Positions 25,958-38,680 of a stretch of DNA of 64,000 bases are shown one piece after another. This DNA comes from Camelus dromedarius (lineage: Eukaryota). A program made the position numbers and the translations under genes. Under the pieces are notes generated by a model. It was given only the letters and a program-made list of their open reading frames with translations, was not told where the DNA came from and did no database searches. The stretch is taken from contig NC_087436.1 of NCBI RefSeq assembly GCF_036321535.1, positions 67,706,001 through 67,770,000 on the forward strand. Direction: 5' to 3'. How positions within the stretch are numbered: the first letter of the stretch is position 1; each line of letters starts with the position of its first letter.

Positions 25958-26616
25958 TGTTAGAGCAGGCAGATAGCTAGATATGAGCAGAGAAAGGGGG
26001 ACACACACCAAATGGCAGGAATTGGGCAGAAAGGAGGGGCACATGCCAAATGCAGGAAACCACACACCATGTAAGCAGCAGGGGTCCCTGGGCAGAAAAA
26101 GAAAAGCAGGAACCTTTGGGCTGATAAGGGATCAAGCTTTTTGGGGTGACAAGTGGCCTGGAGAAGAACAAAGAAAGGTGAGAAAAGGCAGGAATTCCAG
26201 TGTCCGAATGTAACCTTTTGCTCATTTTGCCCTCATTTCAATAAAATTATCCTTGCAGCTCTGAAGTACCCATCATACACCGACGCCATGACACTTCCGA
26301 TCCAGACTAAATAAGGACAAAAATCCCTCCTCCCTTTGGGAAGGTGGAGTTGGGATGATACTCAGGGAATACGACACCAAACCCTTCCCCCTCCCCAATG
26401 AATATTCTGCCCATTCATTTTTACACCCTATGTAGCTAACTTGCCAAAGAAACTCAGGGCAGCCGCTCACCTGAGCCTGCCCGCTCTCCCCTGAGAGTGT
26501 ACTATCCATCCTTTAATAAATCCTCACTTTACCTTTTTTAACCACTACATTTTGTCTCTGAATTCTTTCTGGGACGGGACAAGAACCTGGAACACCAGTT
26601 GCATCTATCGGCAACA
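25958..26616 (+). mobile_element. ERV1-class solo LTR, relatively young
   Basis: TGTT...AACA termini; perfect 4-bp TSD gtac (25954-25957, 26617-26620); AATAAA at 26515-26520; several CpGs retained. Confidence 0.92.
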
Positions 26617-27169
26617 GTACCACATTGGATAAGCTAAAAGCAAATGAAGCTAAATGGAGGATTTGTCTAAAGTCTAATTTATTTCAAATAAATATATTTA
26701 AATATTTCATCTCAAACATTTATACATTTAATGTATTCTATCCCCAAAGTAAATTCATCTCTTTGATAAATCATTTTACTAATGGAAGTCTCCAAAAATG
26801 TTTCCTTACTTATGATACATTTAATGTTACATCAACTATACATGCTGCCAAATCATAGGGCTTCTTAATTTATTACATTTTGGTTTAGCAAAGGTTAGTT
26901 AATTGTGCCTCTGCAAAAACGTGCATTTTTATATCACGGGGTAAAGAAAGACATTTAGTTTAGATTATAAGATGTCTTCCTAATTAATTTCACATATTTT
27001 CATTCCAAATAAAATAGTAACTGTTAATTCAGTAGCTCCATTAGCAAGAACAAAACTAACAACAACAATAAAAAAAACCCAAAGTTTTAAATGATGCCAT
27101 TTTACATCAGTTGATCAGAGCCTTAAAACAGAAATTTTAGTTATTATAATGATGATTTGGTTTTTCCCC

Positions 27170-30100
27170 TCAACTAATTTAGGAACTCAAAGTAAAGCAC
27201 TGGAAGTTTGTTCCACCTCTGTCTTGTCCTTTTATCCCACCAAAGGAGTGGAGGGAGAGGTAAGAAACACTGGTGAGGGTCACAGCCCAGGAACAAAAGC
27301 CCACTAAAAGACTGAGACTTAAGCAGCATGAGACACTGTGTCCTCTCTCGACGTCACCGCCACACCAGTAAGACTAACACAACAGGAGACGACAGGTGAA
27401 AGAGCAGCAAGACACAAATGTTACCTGACATTTAACAAAGGCTACATCTACTTTAAAAATTGAATCAATAATAAATAACTTGGAAAAAATTTAAAAATTG
27501 AGCCAAAATAATTTTGGTGAATTCTACTAAACTTTCAAGAAGAAATGATATTAATTCTGTATAGTTTTAGAAAAGACTTAGAAATAGAAGCAGAATATTC
27601 CTTAACTTTTCTTTTTTAAGAAAGCATTACCCTGTCAAAATCAGATAAATATATTACGGGAAAGAAAAACTACAGATCAGTATTTCTCATGAACATAGAA
27701 GCAAAAATTCTCAACAAAATATTAGGAAAGCAAACCAACAATGTGTAAAAGGAATGATACACTATGACCAAGCACCCAGTGAGATTTGTTTCAGGTAAAC
27801 AAGTCTAGTTAAACATCCCAAAACCAATCCAATTAATGAAATACAGTCTTGCCAACAGGGTAAAGAATAAAAACAAACAGAGAGACATAATCATCATATC
27901 AATTGATAGAGGAAAAAGCATTTAACAAAATCCAGCACCCATTTATGAAAAAAATTTATCAAACTAGAAATTAAAGGGTACTTTCTCAATTTGCTAAGGA
28001 ACATCACCAAAAAACCTACAGCTAATATCACACTTAATAATGAGAGACTCACTTTTTCTCTAGGATTCGGAACAAGTCAAACACATCATCTCTCACCACT
28101 TCTGTTCAGCATCACATCAGAAGTCCTTTCTTACTGCAACAAAATAAGTAAAGAAAATAAATGCTAAATAAATTGAAGAGAAAAAATAACACTTTCTTTA
28201 TTTGTAGATGACATGATTATCTATGTAAAAAATACTCACAAAATCTACAACTCATTGAACTAATGAGGGAGTGTAACGTGGTTGTGGGATACAAAGTTAA
28301 TATAGAAAAGTCAATCACTTTCTATATACCAGCAATAAACAGTAAGAGTTGGAAATTTTAAATAACATATACAAAAGCAACAGTAAAATGAAATATTTGA
28401 GTAAATCTAACAAAATATCTATAGCATCTTTATGCAGAAAACTATAAAACACTGATTAAAAAAATCAAAGGTCTAGATAAAAGCGGAGATGTTCTGTGTT
28501 TATGGCTTGAAAAACTTGGTATTATTAAGATATCCAAATTGGAAGAACTACATCTAAAGATTCAATCTAAACCACAGTAAGCTATTTCATGCATACCAAC
28601 AAACTCATTTGGAAGTTTATATCAAAGGCAAAAAATCAAGAATAGCCAACAAAATACTGAATAAAAAGCACAAAGTTCTTCACTCTACCAGATTTCAAGA
28701 CTTACTATTAATTAAGTTAAAGTAATCAAGATAGTGTGGTATTAGCAAAAGAATAGACATGTATCAATGGAATGGATTAAAAGCCTACAGATCGACTAAG
28801 AAAAATATGATCAACTGATTTTTGACAAAAGTGCAAAGGCAATTCAATGGAATAGAGGTAGTCTTTTCATTAAATAGTGATGGAATAATTATACGTCTAT
28901 GAACAAAAAACCTGATCCAAAACACAGACTTTACACCTTACAACAAAAATTAAAAATGGATGATACACATATATGTAAAATGCGAAACTATAAAACTTTG
29001 AAAATAAAATATAGGAGAAAATCTAAGTTATTTTGAGTTTGGGGGTGAGTTTTTAGATATGACACCAAAAACATGATCCCTGAAAGAAAAAAAAAATCAA
29101 TGGGTTGGACTTTATTAAAATTAAACATTCTGCTCTGTATAAGATACTGTTAGCATATGAAAAGAAAAGCCACAGATTGGGAGAAAAAATTTGCAAAACA
29201 TATACCTAATAAAAGAGTTATATCCAGAATATGCAAAGAACACTTCAAATTCAACAATAAAAAATGTAATTAAAAATGAACAAAAGATCTGAATAGATAA
29301 CCTCAATAAAAATATTCACAGATGGGAAAGAAGTGTATAAAAACCTACTCAATATCATTCCTCATTAGGAAAATGCAAATTAAAACAACGAGCTATCACT
29401 ACACACCTATTAGAAAGACTAAAATTTTAAAAACTTGATAATTCCAATTGTTAGAGAGAATGCAGGGCAATAGAAATTCTCATTCATTGCTGATATCACT
29501 ATAAAATTGTATATACTTTGGAAGACAGTTTGACGATTTCTTATATAGTGAAAAGAAACATTACCTTATCATATGATTCAGCAATCATGCTGCTACATAT
29601 TTAGCCAGTTGATTTTTTTTTTTTTTTTTAATTTTTAAGTGGGGGAGGTAATTAGGTTTGTTTATTTATTTATTAATTTTTTTTATAGAGGTACTGGGGA
29701 TTGAACCCAGGATCTCATGCATGCTAAGCAGGCGCTCTACCACTGAGTTATCCCCTCCCCTCATCCAGTTGATTTTAAAACTTAAGCTCATACCAAAAAA
29801 AAAAAAAAAAGAAGTGAGTATTTATAGCCACCTCATTCATAGTCTCTAAAAATTGGAAGCAACCAAAGTATTCTTTAATACATGAATGAGAAAATAAACT
29901 GTTGTTCCTCTATACAATAGAAGACCATTCAGTGATAAAAAGGAATTGAGCTATCAAGCCATACAAAGATGTGGATACATCTTAAATGCATATTGCTATG
30001 TGAAGAACCCAGTATGGAAAGGCTACATAGTGACAAAGGCAATTGAAACAATAAATAGAAGATGAGTGTTTGCCAGGTGGTGGGAAGTGGGTTGAACTAG

Positions 30101-31845
30101 TGAAGCACAGGGTATGTTTTAGGTCAATGAAGCTATCCTATATGATATAATGAGGGTGGACACATGACACTATGCATGGGTCAAAACCCATAGTACTTTA
30201 CACAGAAAGAATGAGCCTCAATATATACAAATTTTAAAAGTCAGGGTATCCTAAGAGATCAGGGTACGCTAGGATTGAATACAGACTGTGACAAAAGAAT
30301 ATGACTATCAGCAATGTGTGAAACAGCCTTACTGAAGTGAGGAGCAAAAGTGCCTACCCATGTAACTCTGGAAATGAGTCTATAAGACTAAAGGCAAACA
30401 CAACTTCATATAAGAAATATACTCTGGTTGATAAAGTTTTTCCCATGTGAGTGTGAACTAATAATTTGAAAGCCACTTTATCTGTGTCCTGGAATTGAAA
30501 ACTCAGTCATGGTGAACGGTGGTGGGAGCCAGATTTTGTACTGCTGAAGTGGGAAGTTACAGACAATCAGAATGCTCTATGTGGTTTATGGATTAGAGTT
30601 GAAGATATCATTTGAACTTATGTTTAGCTTAACACAGTTACAAATAGATATGTAAACATATATACACATGTATATATATGCTATATAAATATACAAATAT
30701 TTATAGCTATGTATATGTACACACATAGTAAGTTAGTATACACACATATATTTCCTTGCTCTGTCCTCTAAGAAGGTGTATAAGCAATAAACACACCTAG
30801 CAACTAGATCTTGGTTTCTAATATCATTTTTCAACTTGAGGAATCAGACCTTTTTTGGGAAACACCTGATTCCACTGCTGAGCTAGGAAATATATAGAAT
30901 AAACCTGTACTATCTTATAGTGCCAGAAAGTTAAGGGAACATTCAAGAGTAAGCACAATAATGGAAGTCTGCCATAAGAAAAACTGAGCTCTTAATTGCC
31001 AAAGACAGAACAATTTGAGCAACTAAGTAAACAGAGTAGTGTTGAATTATAACCCAACATATAAATTGAATTTGCATTAGCCCATACTGATATAAATAAA
31101 TGATTCAATAAATACACAAATAAGGGAGAACAGACAAATCTCTTACGGAGAATTCCCCAAATTGATATACTCTGTTCTCAGAGTGGTAGAATATAACTTT
31201 CCACTCTTTAAGTGTGAGCTATGCATAATGATTCCCTTCCAAAGAGAACAATATGGAAAGGGAGAAGAAAAGATTGGTAGTGGAAAAACTTGACATAAAC
31301 TATCTCATCTTCATGAGTAGCTTTAAATAGAGAAATCATGTCGATAGTATGTCCTTTTGATATGTTATGAAAATTACACTTTATAATCTTCCTCTCATAA
31401 ATCCATACTCCCAATCTAACCACAAAGGAAAAAAATTATACAAGTTCTAAATAAGGAACATTTTACAGAATAGTAGCATTCCTGTAAAACCCTCAAGATC
31501 ATCAAGAGAAAAAGAGTCTGAGAAATTGTCCCAGCTATGAGAAGTCTAAGGAGACATCATGATGAAATGCATTATGGGATCCCTGATGGGATATTAGAAT
31601 AGAAAAAGGATATTATTAAAAAATTAAGAAAATCTGGAAGTATGAATATTAGTCAAAAATAATGTTCCAATATTGGTTTATTATTTGTGACAAATGTCTC
31701 ACTCTAATATAAGATGTTGATAATAGGGGAAACTGGGTTTCTCTATCTGCAGACCTTCTAAACTACCTTTACAACTTTTCTGTAAACCTAAATCTACCCT
31801 AAAACAATTAAATTAAAAAGTAAAATAAAACAAAGCCAAAAAAAC
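27170..31845 (+). mobile_element. Large decayed L1MC-type element (short 5' piece, ORF2 RT to C-terminus, long 3' UTR)
   Basis: RT motif region 'ttatttgtagatgacatgattatctatgta' (FVDDMIIY) at ~28198; continuous ORF2-like sequence 27430-29990; L1MC-type tail 'gatgttgataataggggaaactggg'; many stops and indels. Confidence 0.9.
29617..29762 (-). mobile_element. tRNA-Ala-derived SINE (camelid vic-1-like) inserted in the L1
   Basis: Reverse complement 'ggggaggggataactcagtggtagagcgcctgcttagcatgcatgagatcctgggttcaatccccagtacctc'; TSD ccagttgatttt at 29605-29616 and 29765-29776. Confidence 0.93.
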
Positions 31846-32029
31846 AGTATACTGTCATCAAAGAAGAAAATGAATAGAGTTGTGGTTCTCACCATGTAAA
31901 AGCTGGTAAAAGCACTGTAACAAAAGCATTCAGACCATACATTCTGAGGCAAGACTGCTTAGCCTCTATTTAACTCGCACATTTTATTCACCTAACATAA
32001 TAGTCTGTTTCCACTGACCCTGACAAGTA

Positions 32030-32200
32030 ATAGCCCCCGGAGCTTGTGCATTGTGCAGGTCTTAGCAGAGAGCACAGCCAGCTTGCACTTCAGGTGGCTG
32101 GCAGAGGCTATGGCTCCTACTGCTTGCTAGCCAAGACTGGTCACATGACGCAGAAAGCACTTCTTTTAAAAGGTGAGCTCTTGCGCTATTGATCTTGAAA
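32030..32200. promoter_or_regulatory. Candidate enhancer with extended E-box/M-box
   Basis: Non-repetitive, GC-raised, retains CpGs; GTCACATGAC at 32140-32149 overlapping a TGACG half-CRE. Confidence 0.35.
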
Positions 32201-32639
32201 GAGAGGTTTCTATGGGCTCTTGGGAAAAGAGAGACAGATCATTGTTGGTCTACTTTCATATTTATTCATGTGATAAAAGGAAAAACTCTCCAGAGCACAG
32301 GCATCATACACACTACAGATGAGACCATGGCCGACGCTTTAACAGAGATCTACCACATCCATTCTGACTCATCTCTTACTAATAACATTTCGTGTCATTA
32401 AAACAAATCCAGGTAAAATGCTAAACAAGATGAAACACCAGGATAGAGGCATAAATGAGGACTTACAAAAAAAACAGGATATGTGGTCATTTAATTTCGT
32501 AATTTTCCCCTGAATTCTCAGTTGGTAGGGTTTCTGTTACCATAGCTTTATTCATATATTGCAGGTTTAAAATTCAAGTGTTTTTTGGTTCCTTTTATTC
32601 ATATTCAAAATTGTAATGAAGACAGAGCAAGACTTTGGC

Positions 32640-32790
32640 AGGTGGTCACATACACTATCATAATTTTACCAAAAAAAGACACACAAACCAAGGCAGGGTA
32701 AGTGACCTGGGGAAGTTCACAAGGATCACTTACGTCAGAGCCATCATCACAACCTAAGTTTTCAGATCCCAGCTTGCTTTTTCATTTCAT
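32640..32790 (-). mobile_element. MIR fragment
   Basis: 'ccaaggcagggtaagtgacctggggaagttcacaagg...cagagccatcatcacaacctaagttttcagatccc'. Confidence 0.5.
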
Positions 32791-33034
32791 TACCCTGAAA
32801 GTTCATGGTAAAATTCTGTTTCTCTTTATCTTAATACTGAAGTCCTTTTGGTGCTTTGTTTCAGAGCAGCCTGGATGACATTTATGTAAATACAGTTGTG
32901 TATGGAGTGACTGTGAATAATTTTTTTTGGAGTATTTAAGCTGTGCTTTTACAAAACTAACAAACTGACAAGAAATCAAAGGTGCTCTTCAATCTGGTCG
33001 ACCTCCTTCTTAAGAGATGATTCTAGTGAAGTAC

Positions 33035-33300
33035 TGATTTAATCCACATCTCTTTATGGAACATCTACTATTTCTAAGCCATCATGCTAGGTACAAGAAT
33101 AAGGGGACAGGAATGGGACAGAGTATAAAATGTCCAATCAGCCCATCTGGCATAGAATATTCACAAGTGAATATAATTCAAGGCAACATATACCATAGTA
33201 TAGTATAAATTTAGGGGGAAACCTACTGGAATAATATTAATTCTGACGGAGAGATTGGGTAAAGAAATCATGAAGAATGTGATAGTTGTATATTCAAATT
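33035..33300 (-). mobile_element. L2 fragment
   Basis: 'tttatggaacatctactatttctaagccatcatgctaggtac'. Confidence 0.5.
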
Positions 33301-35095
33301 AAATTATAAATAGGAAAAATGAAAGATTTTATAATCTAATAGTTACTGCAAAATAGCAGGTGTCCTTATTGTTTATTGTTTAGATTTTCTAGAGACAATT
33401 AGTGAGGGTTTTATAGAAAGGTATGTTAGAGCCTTTTGGAAGAGCAAATCACACAGTTCTTACAAAGTCCTCTAAGAGAGGAGACATACTTACCGAACAC
33501 TATTTAAATACTCTAACAAATACTAGCTGGTTGCAGAAATACCATCTTAGAAGTGAGAAATATGTATCAACTTTTATCCATGATGCTCTATATCAAAGCA
33601 TATATATATAAAAGCAATACTATATAAGCCTAAAAGGAAACAAATGTCAGCATGATCATCAAAAGTTGAAAGTAAGTGAGCAATGGTGAGTACTGGAACG
33701 GTTCCACCTGGTAGAATAGTGTGTTAAAGGCAGCAGCAGTAGGTGCGTCCTGGGATGTGAAAGGCATGATATCGATGGTAGGACTGCTCTGGCTACTTAG
33801 TTTTGCCACTAGGGTCTTTGCTGAGATTGTGGGGTCCGGCCTTCCAGAGGACAACAAATTGTATCTTATAGAATAGGCTTTTGATTAAACCAACTTACTT
33901 GGTGTACTGGAAGAGTAATACGTGTCACAGAAACTAAACTTATTTTTAATACCTGTAACATACATGAGAACTTTAGTTCAATAATAAGAACTTGTTATAT
34001 TACAAATTTGCAATAAAGCCTTAGGGCTTAGGTGACAGGGAAGAGGATTATAAAATCATCTGCACATAACCCTGCAAAGATCTGGTCAATGTATATTGTC
34101 TTATTTTTATGAAGGTAATACCAATGTACACACAGATTTCTAAGCCTTGCTAATTTTCTAGAAGTTGCAAAAAATATTGATTTTATTCACCCAGCTATGC
34201 TATTCAGTATACTGTGTTAAGGAGAAAAATTGTACAGAAGATAATTTCATTTCTTTTAAATGCAAATAACAAATAATGTAAAATTTTATTATTCAGTGAT
34301 GGTAGTAAATTCTCAGAGTAAATCAGCCAAAGAAAATTGGAATTTAAAAGTAATTATAAGGCATGTAAACGTAATATAATTGTTTATAGTGTAGAAAAAT
34401 ATATTAAACACTTGAATTATTTCTATAAATTAAACTTTCATAAATATTTACCTTAAAATTTATTAATATCCCTACATACATTATATATAAACAAGAAATA
34501 ACAAGTTCTATGCCATTCAATGTAATATTATACAGTATATAATTTATAACATATACTATAAATGGAGTATTCCATATGTACCAATTCTGGGAGTGTTTGT
34601 GACAGGGTATAAATACTGTTTTATTATACTTAGAAAATGTAACTAGCAGCAGAGAAAATTTTTAGTTGCAACTAAATCTTGACTACGGGTTTTAGGATTG
34701 TCTCAGTAAAACTTATATTTTCAGACAACTTTCAGACAAGCCACAAGAATTAATTGTAATATTGACATGTGTGAAGTTTTTGAAATTTTGGATTTTTGCA
34801 TATAGAAAGCAACTCAAGCTGCAGTGAATAAATAAGAAACTTGTATTCTAGCACCAGGGCAGAAATTGCCCCTTATCATCTGTGTGGTTCATCAATCGTG
34901 GATCAGATGAAAATTTAAGAAAATATATACATGTACTATGGCTTTACAAAATAAAGACAAACAAATCCAGGAAAACCAACAAAAATAATAGTATAAAGTA
35001 TGTGCATATGCAGTACGCCCAGGAAAAAAATAACCCCACAATGGAGGCTTCCATGATGACAAAGCAATCACTCTTAGTAAAAAAGCCCGTCTCAC

Positions 35096-35410
35096 CTCAC
35101 CAACATTCCCAACATACAAACAGGCACACGCACACCACACAGCAAACTCTCAGCTTCCTACACACCTCAGTGCTTCAGAACTCTTGAGCAGAGCTCTTCA
35201 GACTGATTGCTGCACCACCAGGAAAATGACCAGTCTGCTCCGGAAGTTCCCCAGTAGCAGAGTCTTCAGCGCTCTGGAATTGCAAGAGGGAGTCAATCAG
35301 AAGGCAAAAACCCGGCAACAGATGTTCTGCCTTCAACTTTCTCCTGACTTAATCCTGAAATTGTTGACATTGCAATATTTGGCAACAAAGGTGGCCTTCT
35401 ATATAGTCAA
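35096..35410 (-). promoter_or_regulatory. Candidate non-CpG-island promoter and first exon of an unidentified minus-strand gene
   Basis: Minus-strand donor GAG|gtgaga at 35096/35095; ETS CCGGAAGT at 35240-35247 overlapping an NF-kB-like GGGAACTTCC (minus, 35242-35251); E-box CAGATG at 35319-35324; local CpG retention; no recognisable repeat. Confidence 0.45.
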
Positions 35411-35427
35411 GAAAAAAAGAGAAATGT

Positions 35428-35532
35428 TCTAGCTTTTTAGCTGAATTATTAATTAGCTAAATTTCTGCAGTTTTTTTTTCTTTCCGCAAATAATAACTGT
35501 TGCTTTCGAGTGACTGAATCTATAAAATGAAA
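35428..35532 (+). repeat. Local direct duplication, copy 1
   Basis: 'tctagctttttagctgaattattaattagctaaatttctgcagttttttt...gtgactgaatctataaaat' recurs at 36767. Confidence 0.9.
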
Positions 35533-36766
35533 TTCTTTGTTTTGCTTTTTTCCTTCCCCAAAAAAACATTTTTTAAAGGGAGTAATGAATTTAAATTCAC
35601 ACGTTTGTTCTGGGGGAGTCAATCTCCTTCTAAATAATTTTACTTCTCTTATTTTGTTTTCTACTATAATTAGGAAATGATATGTATACATTTGCCAGGA
35701 CAAAGTAAAATAAGTATAGTCACAGATACACAGAGCCAGAAGCTTCTCTCACCAGAAATGTAGATGATTTTTTTCAGGTTTCCATAAATAGATTCCCTTT
35801 TCTGCTAATTTCCTGTTGTCACTGGACTTACTATCCCTCACTCTCTTCTCATCTATTTAGTCTAATTCACTTGCAAATTTTCAAGATTCTTAAATTTATT
35901 ATTTCTAGAAATGTAGTTCTCAGCAAGCAGAAAGTCACTTGTATCTTTCTATGGACAGTTAGAATAAGTTATTTCCAAGAGATGTGTAAATTCTAAGCCA
36001 TAAGCATTTGCCATGATCAATTAAACTATCCTGGATTCTGTTTTGTTTTGCTAAAAGAAATATAAAATAAAAAGTACACATATATGTGTATGTATAATCT
36101 GTTATGTATATTTTCTACCTATTTAAACTATAATGTTGTATTTATCATATATTATTTTTGTTAAATATAACATTTATATAGCAATGTGGAAAAAGTATGT
36201 AAATTAATTTTTAACAATAGAAATGTGAAAAGTGGTATTTTTATAATGTAAGAATCTATATTTTTGTTAATAAAAAAGATCATAAACGGAAACAAATTTA
36301 GGTGCTATTAGAATTTAGTCACTTTATCTCTATTTTAAAATTTTGTCATCAATATATTACAAAAATAAAATATTTAGGCAATCACTTCTTGATAAGCTGT
36401 TCTTAAAAGAACTTTCTTCAATTTTTAAAAATTTACAGTGGTAAGCTAGAGTTTAATTTATAGTAATAGACATAATGCTAACTTGTTAAATTTTTAAAGC
36501 AGAGAAATATTAGTGAAAACAGTCTCAATTCTAATTTCAACTCTATATCAAAATTGAGAATTTCTGTCACAAACATGCTAAACATGCTAAAAATAATTTC
36601 TAAGCCCCTTTCCAGTTCTGAGATGATAATTTTATTACATTTTAATTATGCTTTATTATAAAAATATAATATAAATATATAGATCTCAATACAATAAAAG
36701 GTGAAAAAATGCAAATGACACTAAAACTTCCTTGACTACTGAACTCTCCTCCTGAGATTTACTGTC

Positions 36767-36882
36767 TCTAGCTTTTTAGCTGAATTGTTAATTAGCTAAA
36801 TTTCTGCAGTTTTTTTCTTTCTCCAAGAATTGTTCCTTTCAAGTGGCTTATGTTTTGAAGTGACTGAATACATAAAATTAAG
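36767..36882 (+). repeat. Local direct duplication, copy 2
   Basis: First ~50 bp differ from copy 1 at one position; similarity continues to 'gtgactgaatacataaaat'. Confidence 0.9.
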
Positions 36883-37139
36883 TTTTAGATTCATTCCTCC
36901 AAATATTTTGTATTTTATATATATAAACACATCAATATGGAGATTTATAGTTTATGTCTCAATATTCAAATTTTGTTTTACTTTATAGGAAAGATAAAAC
37001 TATGCATTTGGAAAATTAAAAAGGATTTAAACATCAAAACAGAACAGTGATAATCATTTTATGTTGAACGCCTATAGAAGTTGGGGAAACAGCATTAATG
37101 CCTTTACAATACATATTTTAAATTCACTTTAACCTCAGG

Positions 37140-37280
37140 TCAGTCCTGGGCTCTGGCAGTTTCTCTGGGAATTGGCCTCTCAGAGGAAGTTCCCTTGCTG
37201 TTAGCATTGATATTGTCACAGTTGATGTCATCCAATCCAGTACAATATTCTTCATTTTGTGAGTGACTCAGTCTTATGTG
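37140..37280. promoter_or_regulatory. Candidate enhancer motif cluster
   Basis: AGAGGAAGT (PU.1/ETS, 37182-37190) overlapping GGAAGTTCCC (NF-kB-like), TGATGTCA (37223-37230), TGACTCA (AP-1, 37264-37270). Confidence 0.35.
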
Positions 37281-38189
37281 ATGGATATAATTTTAAACCT
37301 TCTTAAATACATATATCTTATATGCTTTTAAACATAAATGCAGAAATGAACCTGTAACCTGGGGCTAGACTCTAGAATATTATTAAGCCAAAGGCTGATA
37401 CTTGAAATAATTTTTTTTTTTTAATTCCAGAGCCTCCCCTTGAACACTATTTTTAGTTATATCTTTCAAGGATAAACTAAGGTCAGGTTCTAACCTGAAT
37501 CTCAGCAATGTTTGTACGAGCAAAGATTTTCAGTGAATCCAGAGAACAGAAAGTCTTTTATTCCCCAGTCTGGGCAGTACTTCTATCTAAGACACACTAA
37601 CAAATGCAGTAGAAAATTATAAAAAAGCTCTAATTCAGTACTTTATCTAGCTGACCAGAGACAGAGTCAAGGGTCAATATGATATCAAGCTCAAGATCAA
37701 GCTAAAAATATGAGGAGTAGTAGTTAAAATTTATCTAGAATCAGTGAACTTGGTCAATTTTTCTGACTTTTTAAAAAAACAGGCTGCAATATTTTTATCC
37801 ACTTTTCCTGTACTTAGAATAGTACTGAAAATCAATTTTGGTGAGACATGCAATTTAATATTTGGAGGCTGTAGTAAAATCACTTTCTATCTCTACATGT
37901 TGTTATGTTTTCAGTGGGTTTAAAATGTAATATTCTAGTAAGAAAAGGTATTTTGATTCTACCTCGAAGCTTGTATGAGGGCTAGGCCATGTAAACTAAT
38001 CAGTAAAAGTTTTATTCTGCTTACACAGGAAAGAAAACCAGGGTTAAGAGATAAAGAAAAAGGCATCTATTATTGGAAAACAATTCAGTGGATTTATTTT
38101 ACGTATGAAAAGAAGCAATACACATATGTGTTCACTCCTGGTATCTCCAGGGTTCAAAAAGTCAGATCCTTGATTACAGAGAGTTGTTG

Positions 38190-38410
38190 AACAGATAGAG
38201 ACAAGGAGCACTAAGCAAATAGGTGAGTAAGAGACAACAAAGTAAAAAGGAAGAAAAAAGGAGAAAGAAGAAAGGGGGAAGGTGGGGAGATGGGCAGAGT
38301 GGGTAACAGAGGGAAGAGAGAGGAAGGGAGTAAGAAGGGGGACAAAAGGCAGGAGTTTGGGGCAATGGAGGGAGAAAAACAGAAAAAGGAAGATACCTCA
38401 GAAAACAAAA
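38190..38410. repeat. Purine-rich (A/G) low-complexity tract
   Basis: About 220 bp strongly biased to A and G on the + strand. Confidence 0.8.
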
Positions 38411-38534
38411 GACTTTTTCTTAAAGATTAAGAACTGCAGGACACAACTTGTTGAATCTATTCAAAAACAGAAATCATGAACCAACATCATTTAAATCAAA
38501 GAAAATTGATTCACATTTTTTTTGTTTTGTTCAT

Positions 38535-38680
38535 CCTTTCATTAATTTGCTCATCTATTTCAAACTATTTATTTAGAATCCCCTGTGTTTTAAATTATTT
38601 CATAGGCCCTGAGGATATTTTGGACAAGATAAAAATGCTTCCTCCTTTTCTGGAATTGTACCATCTGTCAGGGTTAGTAA
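38535..38680 (-). mobile_element. L2 3' tail
   Basis: 'tcatctatttcaaactattttatttagaatcccctgtgtttt...gacaagataaaaatgcttcctccttttctgga'. Confidence 0.5.

Noticed and set aside
34882..35432. Overlapping ORFs of 82-101 aa near the candidate promoter
   Set aside because: Non-ATG starts and composition-driven translations with no recognisable homology.
38174..38479. Low-complexity ORFs rich in Leu/Ser/Pro or Arg/Lys/Glu
   Set aside because: Artefacts of the purine-rich tract.
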